64,000 bases of DNA from the IMG/VR virus record IMGVR_UViG_3300017911_001818, positions 1 through 64,000 of that record. One strand, given 5' to 3'. A model generated the notes under the pieces. The model made no database searches. It was not told the origin of the DNA and saw nothing but the letters and a program-made list of their open reading frames with translations. This DNA comes from a virus. Lineage: Duplodnaviria > Caudoviricetes. Each line of letters opens with the position of its first letter. Positions within the stretch are counted from its first letter, which is position 1. Shown one piece after another: positions 48,755-58,098 of the stretch. Position numbers and translations under genes: made by a program.

Positions 48755-48819
48755 TTTACACGATAGTTGAAAAAAATACAAAAAAGGGGGTTGACAGCGA
48801 CTCCCTTTTTTATTATATT
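48755..48819 (+). promoter_or_regulatory. Early promoter cassette
   Basis: 18-bp motif plus TTGACA-N17-TATATT; near-identical to the 1091 copy. Confidence 0.8.
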
Positions 48820-48849
48820 CTATATGTGAGTTAATGAAAGGGACTTGAA

Positions 48850-49227
48850 ATGACAAACCGTGCTGCTGTTTCTACTCGCAACGCTCGTCTCGCTACTGAC
48901 TTTGGCGAGGAGCTTGCTCGGAAGTGGTTTGGTGATGAGGCGTTTGACTCCATCGATACCAAGTTCGTCCGTGGTAAGAACCAAGGCAAGCTCAAGGGCG
49001 AGATTGCTTGGGTCAAGGTCGAGCGAGGCGGTTGGGTCTCCGAAGACCAAGATCAAGGCTTCGTTGCTTCGCCTGGTATGAAATGTGCTGTTCTGCTGGA
49101 TGGCTACGGTGAAGTTGTTGCTCGAAAGAAGTTTGACTCAGAAGGCAATGGCGTTCTTTACTTTAATAACAAGCTTGGTCAGCATGTTGAAGGCCAATGT
49201 TTTCGGTTTGGTAAAATGAAAAAGTAG
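48850..49227 (+). CDS. Early hypothetical protein
   Basis: Follows promoter cassette. Confidence 0.75.
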   Translation: MTNRAAVSTRNARLATDFGEELARKWFGDEAFDSIDTKFVRGKNQGKLKGEIAWVKVERGGWVSEDQDQGFVASPGMKCAVLLDGYGEVVARKKFDSEGNGVLYFNNKLGQHVEGQCFRFGKMKK

Positions 49228-49240
49228 GAAGGAGAGTAAA

Positions 49241-49534
49241 ATGGCAGGTCGTTTGTTGAAGTTGGATGTTTTCGATGATATGACGGTCTGCACATTGTGG
49301 AGAACCGATCGACCAAACTCCCGTGTACAAGTCCGGGGTAAACCGAACTACACCGGAGACGGTTACGACCCGAAAGATCCTTTGGCTGTCTTCTTGGATG
49401 GCTTCCCCAGAAGCTCTGGGAACTTCTCTGATTTGTGGGCATTCGTGCCCATGAGCTTGAACCCTAAGAATCCTGGTTACGCACAAGGGCGTGATTGGTT
49501 TGACAAGTACTTTGATGATGCAGATGTGCAGTGA
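49241..49534 (+). CDS. Early hypothetical protein
   Basis: AAGGAG RBS. Confidence 0.7.
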   Translation: MAGRLLKLDVFDDMTVCTLWRTDRPNSRVQVRGKPNYTGDGYDPKDPLAVFLDGFPRSSGNFSDLWAFVPMSLNPKNPGYAQGRDWFDKYFDDADVQ

Positions 49535-49549
49535 CAAATTGTGTAAAAA

Positions 49550-49613
49550 TTTACACGATAGTTGAAAAAAAATCGAATATAGGGCTTTACATTCCTGCAA
49601 AAAGTCCTATATT
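49550..49613 (+). promoter_or_regulatory. Early promoter cassette
   Basis: 18-bp motif plus TTTACA-N16-TATATT. Confidence 0.7.
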
Positions 49614-49642
49614 CATAAGTGTAAGAAAGAAAGGAAATCGAA

Positions 49643-50011
49643 ATGCAGTACAAAGTTCTCCAGATTCAACTCACCAAGGCTGAAGTCGAGATGGTCAACA
49701 ACGGTGTTGAGCTTCGTAAGCACGTTCTCAAGTCTTGGATGTTCGGTAAGAACGTAGTCAAGAATGCTAAGAAAGCTCTTGATGCTGACTACTACGATCA
49801 CGTGATGACCGTTGATGCCAAGAACCTCGAAGATGTGTATGCCGTTGGCAACTTTATGCATGATCGTGACCTTGACAAAGTTCAGGTGCATGGCACCTTC
49901 TCCTCCGTCTCTGTAGGTGACGTAGTTGTAGATGAAGAAGGCTTCATGTTCGTAGTCGATATGTTCGGCTTTGAGATGCTCCCTAACAAAATTTATGCAT
50001 ACGCTGCATAA
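49643..50011 (+). CDS. Early hypothetical protein (YodL-like motif)
   Basis: LEDVY..N..SVSVGDVV. Confidence 0.65.
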   Translation: MQYKVLQIQLTKAEVEMVNNGVELRKHVLKSWMFGKNVVKNAKKALDADYYDHVMTVDAKNLEDVYAVGNFMHDRDLDKVQVHGTFSSVSVGDVVVDEEGFMFVVDMFGFEMLPNKIYAYAA

Positions 50012-50025
50012 GAAAGGAAATTGTT

Positions 50026-50283
50026 ATGCAAAAGAACATGTTTGGTCAGACTAAAGTTTGGATGGTTTGGCAGACGGTAGACTTTAACCAAGATTGGCTG
50101 ATGGGTGTGTTTGCGGGCAAACGCACAGCCAATGCTGCTAAGGCAAAAATGTTTGCCGATTGGCTGTCTGATCGTGATATGACTCTGGATCAGTGGAAGG
50201 CTAAGCAGGATCAACCATGGTTTGATATGGACGATCCGTTCTTCGTTACCGACGCAGTAGTACAACGAGTAGTACAACGATAA
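50026..50283 (+). CDS. Early hypothetical protein
   Basis: AAGGA RBS. Confidence 0.7.
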   Translation: MQKNMFGQTKVWMVWQTVDFNQDWLMGVFAGKRTANAAKAKMFADWLSDRDMTLDQWKAKQDQPWFDMDDPFFVTDAVVQRVVQR

Positions 50284-50296
50284 GGGGATAAAATAA

Positions 50297-50539
50297 ATGT
50301 TTGAAGTAATCTATCGTTTCAACGACCTCTACCGCCGTGAAGACATCAAGGACCTCCAGTGTGGTGTGTTTGACACCATCGAAGCCGCTAAGGAATACAT
50401 CCTTGAGCAGTTTGATGATCTTGTTGCTGACACCACGGATGACGAAACTGGTCAAGTTATGGTTGAGGAAGAAGGTTGGTATGAAAACTTTATTCTCGAT
50501 AAGTACGAGATTCGTCAGATGGAGGTGACTCTAAATTAA
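50297..50539 (+). CDS. Acidic early hypothetical protein
   Basis: AGGGG RBS; D/E-rich. Confidence 0.7.
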   Translation: MFEVIYRFNDLYRREDIKDLQCGVFDTIEAAKEYILEQFDDLVADTTDDETGQVMVEEEGWYENFILDKYEIRQMEVTLN

Positions 50540-50823
50540 TGAAAGCTCAAACTGGTTACGTCACTTTGAAGAAGGCTCTAGTAGAAGGAAAAATTATAAT
50601 GAGTGATTTAGTAAATCGAATTATTAGAGATAATACCTGTGTTATCGAAGGCTCTGAATCTGAGCTGATGGATTGTCATAGGACAGTTTGTCTATGGCGA
50701 ATGCAAGAGGAATGTAAAGAGCGTAAGCTTGATTACGATTGGATCCGCAAACTGAACGATGCTGATTTTGCCATTCGCACTCGCATTGATGAACTTAAAT
50801 CCATTGACTCTGCAACTGACTAA
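50539..50823 (+). CDS. Hypothetical protein (start may be 50599)
   Basis: ORF with RBS. Confidence 0.55.
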   Translation: MKAQTGYVTLKKALVEGKIIMSDLVNRIIRDNTCVIEGSESELMDCHRTVCLWRMQEECKERKLDYDWIRKLNDADFAIRTRIDELKSIDSATD

Positions 50824-50831
50824 ATAAAATC

Positions 50832-51347
50832 ATGCGATATATTTTTATTCTGTTTCTTTTTATCGGGTCTGCATCTGTATCTCAGGCGCAGACCTATCTT
50901 AATTGTAATGAGATAACTGTTGAAGCACGTGATTATACACACGTGTCAAAGAATCTTCCTACTCGCAATAATAATCCAGGAAACATTCGAAGAACATCGG
51001 TGAAATACTTTGGAGAGACGAATGCTGATGCAACGTATGAATCTTTTTCTTCTCCAATCTGGGGATATGCCGCTATGTTTGACCTTCTGTATCGTCTGTA
51101 TTCTGGACTCACTCTGAAGGAAGCTATCTACAAGTGGGCTCCGCCAACCGAGAATGATTCTGAGCGTTATGTGAGGTTTGTCTCTAGTGAGGTTGGAGTT
51201 GATGCAGACGAGTATATCATTGATGTTGATAATCCTTCCATTATGACAGTGGCTAAATATATGTCGGTGCTCGAAGGGATGAAAGGATTTTCTGATTCCG
51301 ATATTGAGCTTGGTTATATGCTTTGGGATACTTGTTATTATGGTTAA
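50832..51347 (+). CDS. Exported lysozyme-like protein
   Basis: Signal peptide; RNNNPGNIR and KWAPPTENDS..Y motifs. Confidence 0.65.
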   Translation: MRYIFILFLFIGSASVSQAQTYLNCNEITVEARDYTHVSKNLPTRNNNPGNIRRTSVKYFGETNADATYESFSSPIWGYAAMFDLLYRLYSGLTLKEAIYKWAPPTENDSERYVRFVSSEVGVDADEYIIDVDNPSIMTVAKYMSVLEGMKGFSDSDIELGYMLWDTCYYG

Positions 51348-52041
51348 AATTTATGTTGGCTGTGCGCCAAAAGGTTTAGACGCTGAAGCGCAGATGGTTC
51401 TCGACTACAGTATTAAAAAATTTACATCAATTGATTATGAAATTATCTGGCTGAAAGATTCTAAACATAAAGGCTCAAAGCTGTATGGCTGGGATATGAA
51501 TTATTGGGATACTCCATTCTGTGGTTTTAAATGGGCAGTTCCGGAGCTTTCAAAATTTAAAGGGGAATCTATCTATCTACAATATAATCATATCGTACTT
51601 GAAGATATTGCACAGTTGGTAGATCAAAAAATAGAAAAAGATGCAGTAATGATTACGCCGAAAACTAATCCATTTTCTGCAATTAAATTTAATAACAAAG
51701 CAATAAAAGAATATTTGCCTTCGATTGAAGACATGAAGAATTCTTCAGCAGCTCATCAAATATGCACTAAATACTTTTTTGATAATGGAAACTTAATTTC
51801 TTATTTTGATAGCGACTGGGAAATTGAAATTTTTGATCTTGGCGAAAAATCCGGACTGCCATATAATAATCTGAGGCAAGTATATCTTGATAAGTATACA
51901 TATCCTCGCCTTAGAAAAGTGGGTGTCGACCATTGGTTTAATACTGAATGTTCTAACACGAAATGTATAATTCCAGGAGTTTTCGATCAATATTATGAAG
52001 AAGCTCTAAACGAGGGATATTCGATTGAGAATTATACTTAA
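51340..52041 (+). CDS. Glycosyltransferase-like protein (degenerate DxD)
   Basis: IYVG..SI..TPF..WAVP; DxD position reads QYN. Confidence 0.55.
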   Translation: MVKIYVGCAPKGLDAEAQMVLDYSIKKFTSIDYEIIWLKDSKHKGSKLYGWDMNYWDTPFCGFKWAVPELSKFKGESIYLQYNHIVLEDIAQLVDQKIEKDAVMITPKTNPFSAIKFNNKAIKEYLPSIEDMKNSSAAHQICTKYFFDNGNLISYFDSDWEIEIFDLGEKSGLPYNNLRQVYLDKYTYPRLRKVGVDHWFNTECSNTKCIIPGVFDQYYEEALNEGYSIENYT

Positions 52042-52050
52042 AGGTGTCAA

Positions 52051-52791
52051 ATGTCTTTAACTCGAACATTTTTACCAGCCAGTGGCGCTCTTTCTTTGGG
52101 CGCTGCTGCAGGATCAGGAAGAAGTATCACGGAAAGGTTTGGTGGTTCTACAGCGCATAGTATGTCTGAGTATTATGGTATTGGTGTAAATACAGCGAAT
52201 GCAACGTTGCCAGCAAGCGGTCCTTTAAGGTTTAGCGATTTTTATAATCGAACAGAAAACATAACCACTAGCAGAACGACTCAGATTCCGGGTCCGGGTC
52301 AACCATTCGTTCCAGCTTCTCCGGCAGAGCCAGCACAATTTGTTCCTGCTCAGTCAGGTTCCCCCAGCGTATTTCAACCAGGAAGTCCAGGTCAACCAAA
52401 CAATCCTTCTCAGCCGTCAGAGCCAGCACAACCCTCTGAGTTCGGCCAACCGTTTAGACCGGGACAACCATTTAATTTTGGGCAGCCGACTATTCCGGGA
52501 AGCTTTAATCCTTTCTTTGGTGTATTTCAACCAACAGTATTTGGACAATTTCCTAGTCCTGGTCAGCCAAGCTCAGGACAACCGTTTGTTGCGGGGCAAC
52601 CGTTTGTTCCGGGGCAACCCTTTGAGTTTGGTCAACCATTTTTCCCATCAAATTTTCAACCAGGAGTTCCTAGTCAACCGGGAGGCCAGACTCAGCCATT
52701 CGAACCAGCAGTGCCAGAAAAGCCGGCACAACCCGGAACTATAAATCAAGTTACAGAATTTTTAACGAGAGTCGCTCCTGAACCTTCATAG
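52051..52791 (+). CDS. Pro/Gln/Gly/Phe repeat protein with fibre-tip-like N-terminus
   Basis: LPASGALS..FGG..SMSEYY..LPASGPLRFSDFY followed by many GQP/xQP repeats. Confidence 0.7.
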   Translation: MSLTRTFLPASGALSLGAAAGSGRSITERFGGSTAHSMSEYYGIGVNTANATLPASGPLRFSDFYNRTENITTSRTTQIPGPGQPFVPASPAEPAQFVPAQSGSPSVFQPGSPGQPNNPSQPSEPAQPSEFGQPFRPGQPFNFGQPTIPGSFNPFFGVFQPTVFGQFPSPGQPSSGQPFVAGQPFVPGQPFEFGQPFFPSNFQPGVPSQPGGQTQPFEPAVPEKPAQPGTINQVTEFLTRVAPEPS

Positions 52792-52800
52792 GATTTTATA

Positions 52801-53757
52801 ATGCTGCCATTACATAATTACAAAGATACTACTCTTGGTATCACGAATGAAAAAAGAATTGGTTCTGCAAACCAACTGACATATACTCCTAAAAAACTGA
52901 CTAGATTAAATATTATTGAAAAGATTTTTCAGGAAAAATGTCATCTTCCAGTTCAGTTTGACCTTATGCCTTGTGAAGATTGGTATTACCCAAAGTATTT
53001 GACGTATACGAATGTAAACAAGTATATGTTCTTGACGACTAATTCATTTGAGTTTAATACTAGATTCTTCATGCATCAGCTTACAGCAATTGACTGGAAG
53101 TTTATGGACACAAACATTGAACAAATTTTTGAAGAAGGAGAAATTTCCGACAAGTATAAGCTCGTTTCATATGAGGGCGATGAACTTGATACTGTATTTT
53201 TCTTGCCAGGAACTAACATCGATTATCTAATCGACTATACTAAGATCGATGAGATTATGCAGAGTAATTCAAATGTTCTGCTGAAGCCACATCCTTTGAC
53301 TAGCAAAAAGCATCTTGCAATTTTAGCTAATATGTATGGATGGGAAAATATTATTGAAAAAGAAATTTCAGGTCATGACATTCTTAAGAAAACTAAAAAT
53401 GTTTTTTATACAGATAATTCTGAGATTGGAATGAAAGCTTATCAAATGGGTAAGGACCCTAAACATTTTAATATTTTAAATCTAAGTCAGCCAATGATCT
53501 ATCATTCTTTTTATCATATTCTTAGAGCTAATCAATCAGATGTTAAGTCACTAATCTCTGCATTCTTCTCTACTCCTAAATTCGGGATGTTTGATCTAAA
53601 CGATCCGATCGACACTCTTAATAATAATGTTGCATCGTTTCTTGCAGACCTAGAGCATTTTAGACAGCGACTAAAACCAGTCTCTACAACATTTGATAGA
53701 ACCGCATTTAATAATTTTTTAGATATGAGAAGAAAAGAAAAGAATGCTTCCGTTTAA
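52801..53757 (+). CDS. Capsule-biosynthesis-like (GT-B) protein
   Basis: LKPHP, NSEIG..A...GK pattern. Confidence 0.5.
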   Translation: MLPLHNYKDTTLGITNEKRIGSANQLTYTPKKLTRLNIIEKIFQEKCHLPVQFDLMPCEDWYYPKYLTYTNVNKYMFLTTNSFEFNTRFFMHQLTAIDWKFMDTNIEQIFEEGEISDKYKLVSYEGDELDTVFFLPGTNIDYLIDYTKIDEIMQSNSNVLLKPHPLTSKKHLAILANMYGWENIIEKEISGHDILKKTKNVFYTDNSEIGMKAYQMGKDPKHFNILNLSQPMIYHSFYHILRANQSDVKSLISAFFSTPKFGMFDLNDPIDTLNNNVASFLADLEHFRQRLKPVSTTFDRTAFNNFLDMRRKEKNASV

Positions 53758-54298
53758 AGTATTTAAAAATTTTATAGATGATGATTTTGTAAGTAAGTAT
53801 CTTTCTAATGATGGATATGTAGAGGCATCAGTTACAGACAAAACAGGAACTAATTCCGAGAAAAATGATAAAACTCGGAGAAGTCGAGTAAGATTTTATA
53901 ATAATGATCAGATACCACTTTTTGATAAATTGGTTGATTCCTATTCAAAATATTTTGATGAAGGCGAGATAGATTATTTTGATTATCAGCTAACAAGGTA
54001 TGACGCTGAGGATTCTGGCTTCTTTCATATGCATGATGATACTGTAAGATCAAACACACCTCATATTCGAAGAATATCCTGTAGTATTTTTATGTCTGAT
54101 CCTGAGCATTATGATGGCGGAGATTTTATTTTTAGAGACTATGATCTACAATCTGTTCGAGGCTGGAACGATAAGTACAGTTGCGTGATGTTTCCCTCAA
54201 CAGGATTGTATCATGCTGTCTTGCCAGTAACTAGAGGGACACGTTACTCTTTAGTATGTTGGGGTATGGGAAAAAATCCAGATTATAAGGCTGATTGA
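53744..54298 (+). CDS. 2OG-Fe(II) oxygenase, prolyl-4-hydroxylase-like
   Basis: RRS, HxD (MHDD), YDGGDF, FPS..YHAVLPVTRGTRYSLVCW. Confidence 0.85.
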   Translation: MLPFKVFKNFIDDDFVSKYLSNDGYVEASVTDKTGTNSEKNDKTRRSRVRFYNNDQIPLFDKLVDSYSKYFDEGEIDYFDYQLTRYDAEDSGFFHMHDDTVRSNTPHIRRISCSIFMSDPEHYDGGDFIFRDYDLQSVRGWNDKYSCVMFPSTGLYHAVLPVTRGTRYSLVCWGMGKNPDYKAD

Positions 54299-54858
54299 TG
54301 TTTAAAAAAATTGATCCTAACTTTCCAGTTCATAGCTTTAAAAACTTTTTTAGTATGACTGACGATCAAAGAGATAAGGCGGTAATGACTTGCCTTCGAC
54401 ATCACCATAAGCACATTAAGAGGTTAAGTAAACTGTCAGTAGGGTATAACTATGTTGTACCGAAAGCTGGAGTTCTCGAAGAAATACCTAAAAAAGTAAA
54501 TGAGGCTCTTGATGCTGCGTTCGGCGGCAAGCTTACTAATGATAGCATTTATGCATATTCTTCTAACAGTAAAACAAGTTTTGATCTTTGGCACGATCAC
54601 GCACATGTGCACACTACCGTGACAACAGTTTATTATCTACAGCTACCAAATCATAATGAGAGTGGTATTCAGTTTGAGATAGATGATAATATTTTGGATT
54701 ATAAGCCAGAACAAGACGAGCTCGTTATATTTCCAGGATGGCTAAATCATAGGCCATACAAATCTGGCGTTAGTGAAGAGTGGAGAGTTTCTTTAAATAT
54801 GGATCGAATTTATGACATGCCTGATAGAATTTTTACTAGAATGGGAAAAGAACTATGA
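54298..54858 (+). CDS. Putative 2OG-Fe(II) oxygenase
   Basis: WHDH, VYYL, IFPGWLNH, RVSLN. Confidence 0.75.
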   Translation: MFKKIDPNFPVHSFKNFFSMTDDQRDKAVMTCLRHHHKHIKRLSKLSVGYNYVVPKAGVLEEIPKKVNEALDAAFGGKLTNDSIYAYSSNSKTSFDLWHDHAHVHTTVTTVYYLQLPNHNESGIQFEIDDNILDYKPEQDELVIFPGWLNHRPYKSGVSEEWRVSLNMDRIYDMPDRIFTRMGKEL

Positions 54859-55439
54859 GTAATATCCAATGTGATTCTTTATTCCCCCAAAAGGTTTGGC
54901 GTACTGACTTGGATTTAAATTGTTCTAGGCTAAAGCAGTATGTTTTAGGTCTAGAAAAGAAAGATCAAACAGGTAATAACAGAAGTAATGTAAATGGCTG
55001 GCAGAGCAGATCTTTAGATCCTAGACAAGTCGATAATGAAGATGTAAGTAAAATGCTAGAAGCTGTAATCCATAAAGTAAACACTTGTGGAAGCACTAAT
55101 AATATGCCTGAATTAAAAATTAGTAACTATTGGTTTAATATTAATAGAAAGGGTAGTATGAATGCATCTCATACACACCCTGGATCAGTTTTAAGCGGAG
55201 CATTCTACATCAACAGTAACGAGAAAGACGGAGAAATTATTTTTGAAAGAGGAGATAATGCCCAATGTTACTTACCTGATGGTTTAAACAACGGTAATTT
55301 TTATACCTCTGTAACATATGTATATCCTCCTAAAATAAATCGCCTATATATCTTTGGCTCTTGGCTTTCACATTGGGTAAAACCAAATACAACTAACTCT
55401 GATAGAATAAGTTTGAGTTTTAATACACATGTTGCATGA
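54855..55439 (+). CDS. Putative 2OG-Fe(II) oxygenase (TIGR02466-like)
   Basis: SNVNGWQS, HTHPGS.LSGAFY, WLSHWV, RISLSFN. Confidence 0.82.
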   Translation: MSNIQCDSLFPQKVWRTDLDLNCSRLKQYVLGLEKKDQTGNNRSNVNGWQSRSLDPRQVDNEDVSKMLEAVIHKVNTCGSTNNMPELKISNYWFNINRKGSMNASHTHPGSVLSGAFYINSNEKDGEIIFERGDNAQCYLPDGLNNGNFYTSVTYVYPPKINRLYIFGSWLSHWVKPNTTNSDRISLSFNTHVA

Positions 55440-56082
55440 TGTCTTACAAAGAATTAAGGAATTTCCAGAAGAACCTTTTATCAGTAGGGTTTGTACACCA
55501 GAGCAAGCTGAAAAACTTTTTAATTGGAATGATGTATCAGAATTAATTAGAACGAATGAAAATAAATTTGAATTAATTAATCAAGATAATAAAAAAATTT
55601 CTGTTAAAGAAATAAATCAGCCATGGCATGGAACTGTACAAGATAAATCTACAATCTATGAAAACATTTTAGATGGACTTGGGTTTGTAATTATTAATCA
55701 AAGTTATTACAACAAAAGTATGAATAGACTCTCTGCAGATATAGAGAGCTCGCTAAAAAAAGCTACCGATATTCATGTATATGGAGCATATGATGGCTCT
55801 GGGAAATCTTTTACAGCCCACAGCGATCCAACATCAAATATTATTGTTCAGTTAGATGGCACATCTCTTTGGAGGATTTACGCAGAAAAACTTGATCAAG
55901 TTCCTAGAGATAAAACTCATTTGCTTACAGAAGTAATTAATCAAAAGCTTTATCCAGGAATGGTTGCGTATATTCCAAATAGAACTTACCATAAGTGCGA
56001 GCCTTTATCTAAAAGATTATCGCTTAGTTTTGCGATTCATTCTAACATACATCCACACACAAGAGAAGAGTATATTTTATGA
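55429..56082 (+). CDS. JmjC/cupin-4-like oxygenase
   Basis: SFTAHSD, QLDG...W, YIP...YH, RLSLSF. Confidence 0.75.
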   Translation: MLHDVLQRIKEFPEEPFISRVCTPEQAEKLFNWNDVSELIRTNENKFELINQDNKKISVKEINQPWHGTVQDKSTIYENILDGLGFVIINQSYYNKSMNRLSADIESSLKKATDIHVYGAYDGSGKSFTAHSDPTSNIIVQLDGTSLWRIYAEKLDQVPRDKTHLLTEVINQKLYPGMVAYIPNRTYHKCEPLSKRLSLSFAIHSNIHPHTREEYIL

Positions 56083-57251
56083 CTAAATTTTACAACGATG
56101 ACATAAAGCTTGATTTTTCTGATGTGTTGATTGTTCCGGGAAGAAATTCAACAGAGCTTTTGGCAGAGAAAAAATTTTATAATAAAAATATGCTATCTAG
56201 GAATGATGTAAATTTAATTAATAGTTTTCGCTCAGATCCTTCTATACGATTAGTCGACAGTGAAGTTGATAATGACACTACAATTAACATTGTTGCATTA
56301 CCAATTATTGCTTCAAATATGGATGGAGTTGGTACAGTAGAAATGCACGATCAGCTACGTAAAAATAAGATGATGACTTCTTTGGTTAAATCTACTACTG
56401 ATGAAGAATTAGATGCGATACAAGAACCAGAATTAGCATTTTTAACCATTGGCATTAATGAATCTGATTTAGATAGAGTTGAACAACATAAACATAAATT
56501 TAAAAATATTTGTATTGATACTCCAAACGGATATTTGGCAAATATTCCGCATTTCGTAAGTAGAGTAAGAGCGATTTGTGGAGAAAAAACTTTTATTATG
56601 GTAGGTAACATTGTAACTGCAGAGCATGCTTTAAATTTATACATGGCAGGAGCTGATTGTGTTAAAGTTGGCATCGGTTCAGGTAGTGTATGCACAACCA
56701 GAATTAAAACTGGAGTTGGATACCCACAGCTATCCGCTATCTTAGAAGTGTCTAAACAAGCACATCAGATTAATCTTACCATGAGACGTAAGTTATTTGT
56801 TTGTTCTGATGGCGGTTGTACAGACCCAGGAGATATCGCTAAAGCTTTCGTAGCTGGTGCTGATTTTGTTATGCTCGGTGGCATGTTAGCTGGACATGAT
56901 GAAGGTGGAGGTGAAATCGTTAAAAAGTATGTAGAGAGCGATGAGCGGATGATGCATCCACAAGGCTCTAGATTCGTTCCAGTTATAGATGAAAAGAAAT
57001 ATGTTCAATTTTATGGTATGAGTTCTAAAACTGCCAATGATAAACATAATGGTGGTCTAAAAGGATATCGTGCCGCAGAGGGTAAAGAAGTTTTAATCCC
57101 ATATAAAGGACCAGTTCAGGATACTATTGATGACATCTTAGGAGGACTTCGATCAGCTTGCACGTATATTAATTCTCCAAATTTGAGAAAAATGTCAGTT
57201 TTTGGAAAATTTGTTAAAGTTAATAATCAGGTAAATAATGTTTTTAAATGA
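56079..57251 (+). CDS. guaC: GMP reductase
   Basis: LDFSDVLI, NMDGVG, KVGIGSGSVCTTR, DGGC, FYGMSS, YRAAEGK. Confidence 0.9.
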   Translation: MTKFYNDDIKLDFSDVLIVPGRNSTELLAEKKFYNKNMLSRNDVNLINSFRSDPSIRLVDSEVDNDTTINIVALPIIASNMDGVGTVEMHDQLRKNKMMTSLVKSTTDEELDAIQEPELAFLTIGINESDLDRVEQHKHKFKNICIDTPNGYLANIPHFVSRVRAICGEKTFIMVGNIVTAEHALNLYMAGADCVKVGIGSGSVCTTRIKTGVGYPQLSAILEVSKQAHQINLTMRRKLFVCSDGGCTDPGDIAKAFVAGADFVMLGGMLAGHDEGGGEIVKKYVESDERMMHPQGSRFVPVIDEKKYVQFYGMSSKTANDKHNGGLKGYRAAEGKEVLIPYKGPVQDTIDDILGGLRSACTYINSPNLRKMSVFGKFVKVNNQVNNVFK

Positions 57252-57916
57252 ACACATTAGTTACAACTTATTATGAAGATCCTGATTATCTTGAAAAATA
57301 TATAGAATACAATTTTCAAGAGGATGTGTTCAGTCACTTAATTATCGTTGATGATGCATCCTCTAAATTTCCCGCAAAAAAAGTCTTGACAAAGTTTAAA
57401 AATGAGAATATAAGTTTATATGAGATTAAAGAAGATATCGGATTTAATTCTCATGCGGCTAGGAATCTTGCCGCAACTCAATGTAAAACTGAATGGGCTA
57501 CGTTTTTAGATGTTGATCATGTATTGACTTCTGAAACTTTTGACGATATAATAAGGTTTGTTGAACTTGAGGAAAATGAATGGCTTTGGTTTGGTGACAA
57601 TCAGTTCATGATTCCTAGTAAATATTTCCTCGCTGCTGGTGGTTATGATGAAAGGTTAAATGGATATCGCTGGGGAACATTTTTAATGCAAGATCGCCTT
57701 GATAAATTGTTCTCTAGAGAAATGTTAAACCCATGGAATAGCACTTTGCTTACTAGAACGTTAAAAGGATTACCTGGAATAACTCGACAATCTAGAGAAC
57801 AAATGCGAAAGAACAAAGCTAAAGAAGCTGAGATTAAACTTAACTCCTCTGCCAATCCTTTGGACTGGCATAAACATAAAATGTTAACTTTTGAATGGAA
57901 TAAAATATGTCTCTGA
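57248..57916 (+). CDS. Glycosyltransferase family 2
   Basis: IIVDDAS, ARNL, FLDVD, GGYDE. Confidence 0.8.
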   Translation: MNTLVTTYYEDPDYLEKYIEYNFQEDVFSHLIIVDDASSKFPAKKVLTKFKNENISLYEIKEDIGFNSHAARNLAATQCKTEWATFLDVDHVLTSETFDDIIRFVELEENEWLWFGDNQFMIPSKYFLAAGGYDERLNGYRWGTFLMQDRLDKLFSREMLNPWNSTLLTRTLKGLPGITRQSREQMRKNKAKEAEIKLNSSANPLDWHKHKMLTFEWNKICL

Positions 57917-58098
57917 ACAAACGTACCGTAGGTAAAAAGCAAAACAAGCAGTTTGCAGCTAGTAAGCGTCTAGATTCTCTCGCTGCTTATGATGAAGAGT
58001 ATGCACACTCTCATGACATTAAAGATATCGTAAGCGGTCTAGATGGATATTCTGAATATCTCTCTGATCGAAATGGATCTGGTAGCGACTGGTATTAA
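57907..58098 (+). CDS. Small hypothetical protein
   Basis: Coupled ORF. Confidence 0.55.
   Translation: MSLNKRTVGKKQNKQFAASKRLDSLAAYDEEYAHSHDIKDIVSGLDGYSEYLSDRNGSGSDWY

Noticed and set aside
50257-50280. 12-bp tandem duplication GTAGTACAACGA
   Set aside because: Single in-frame duplication at a gene end; no evident function
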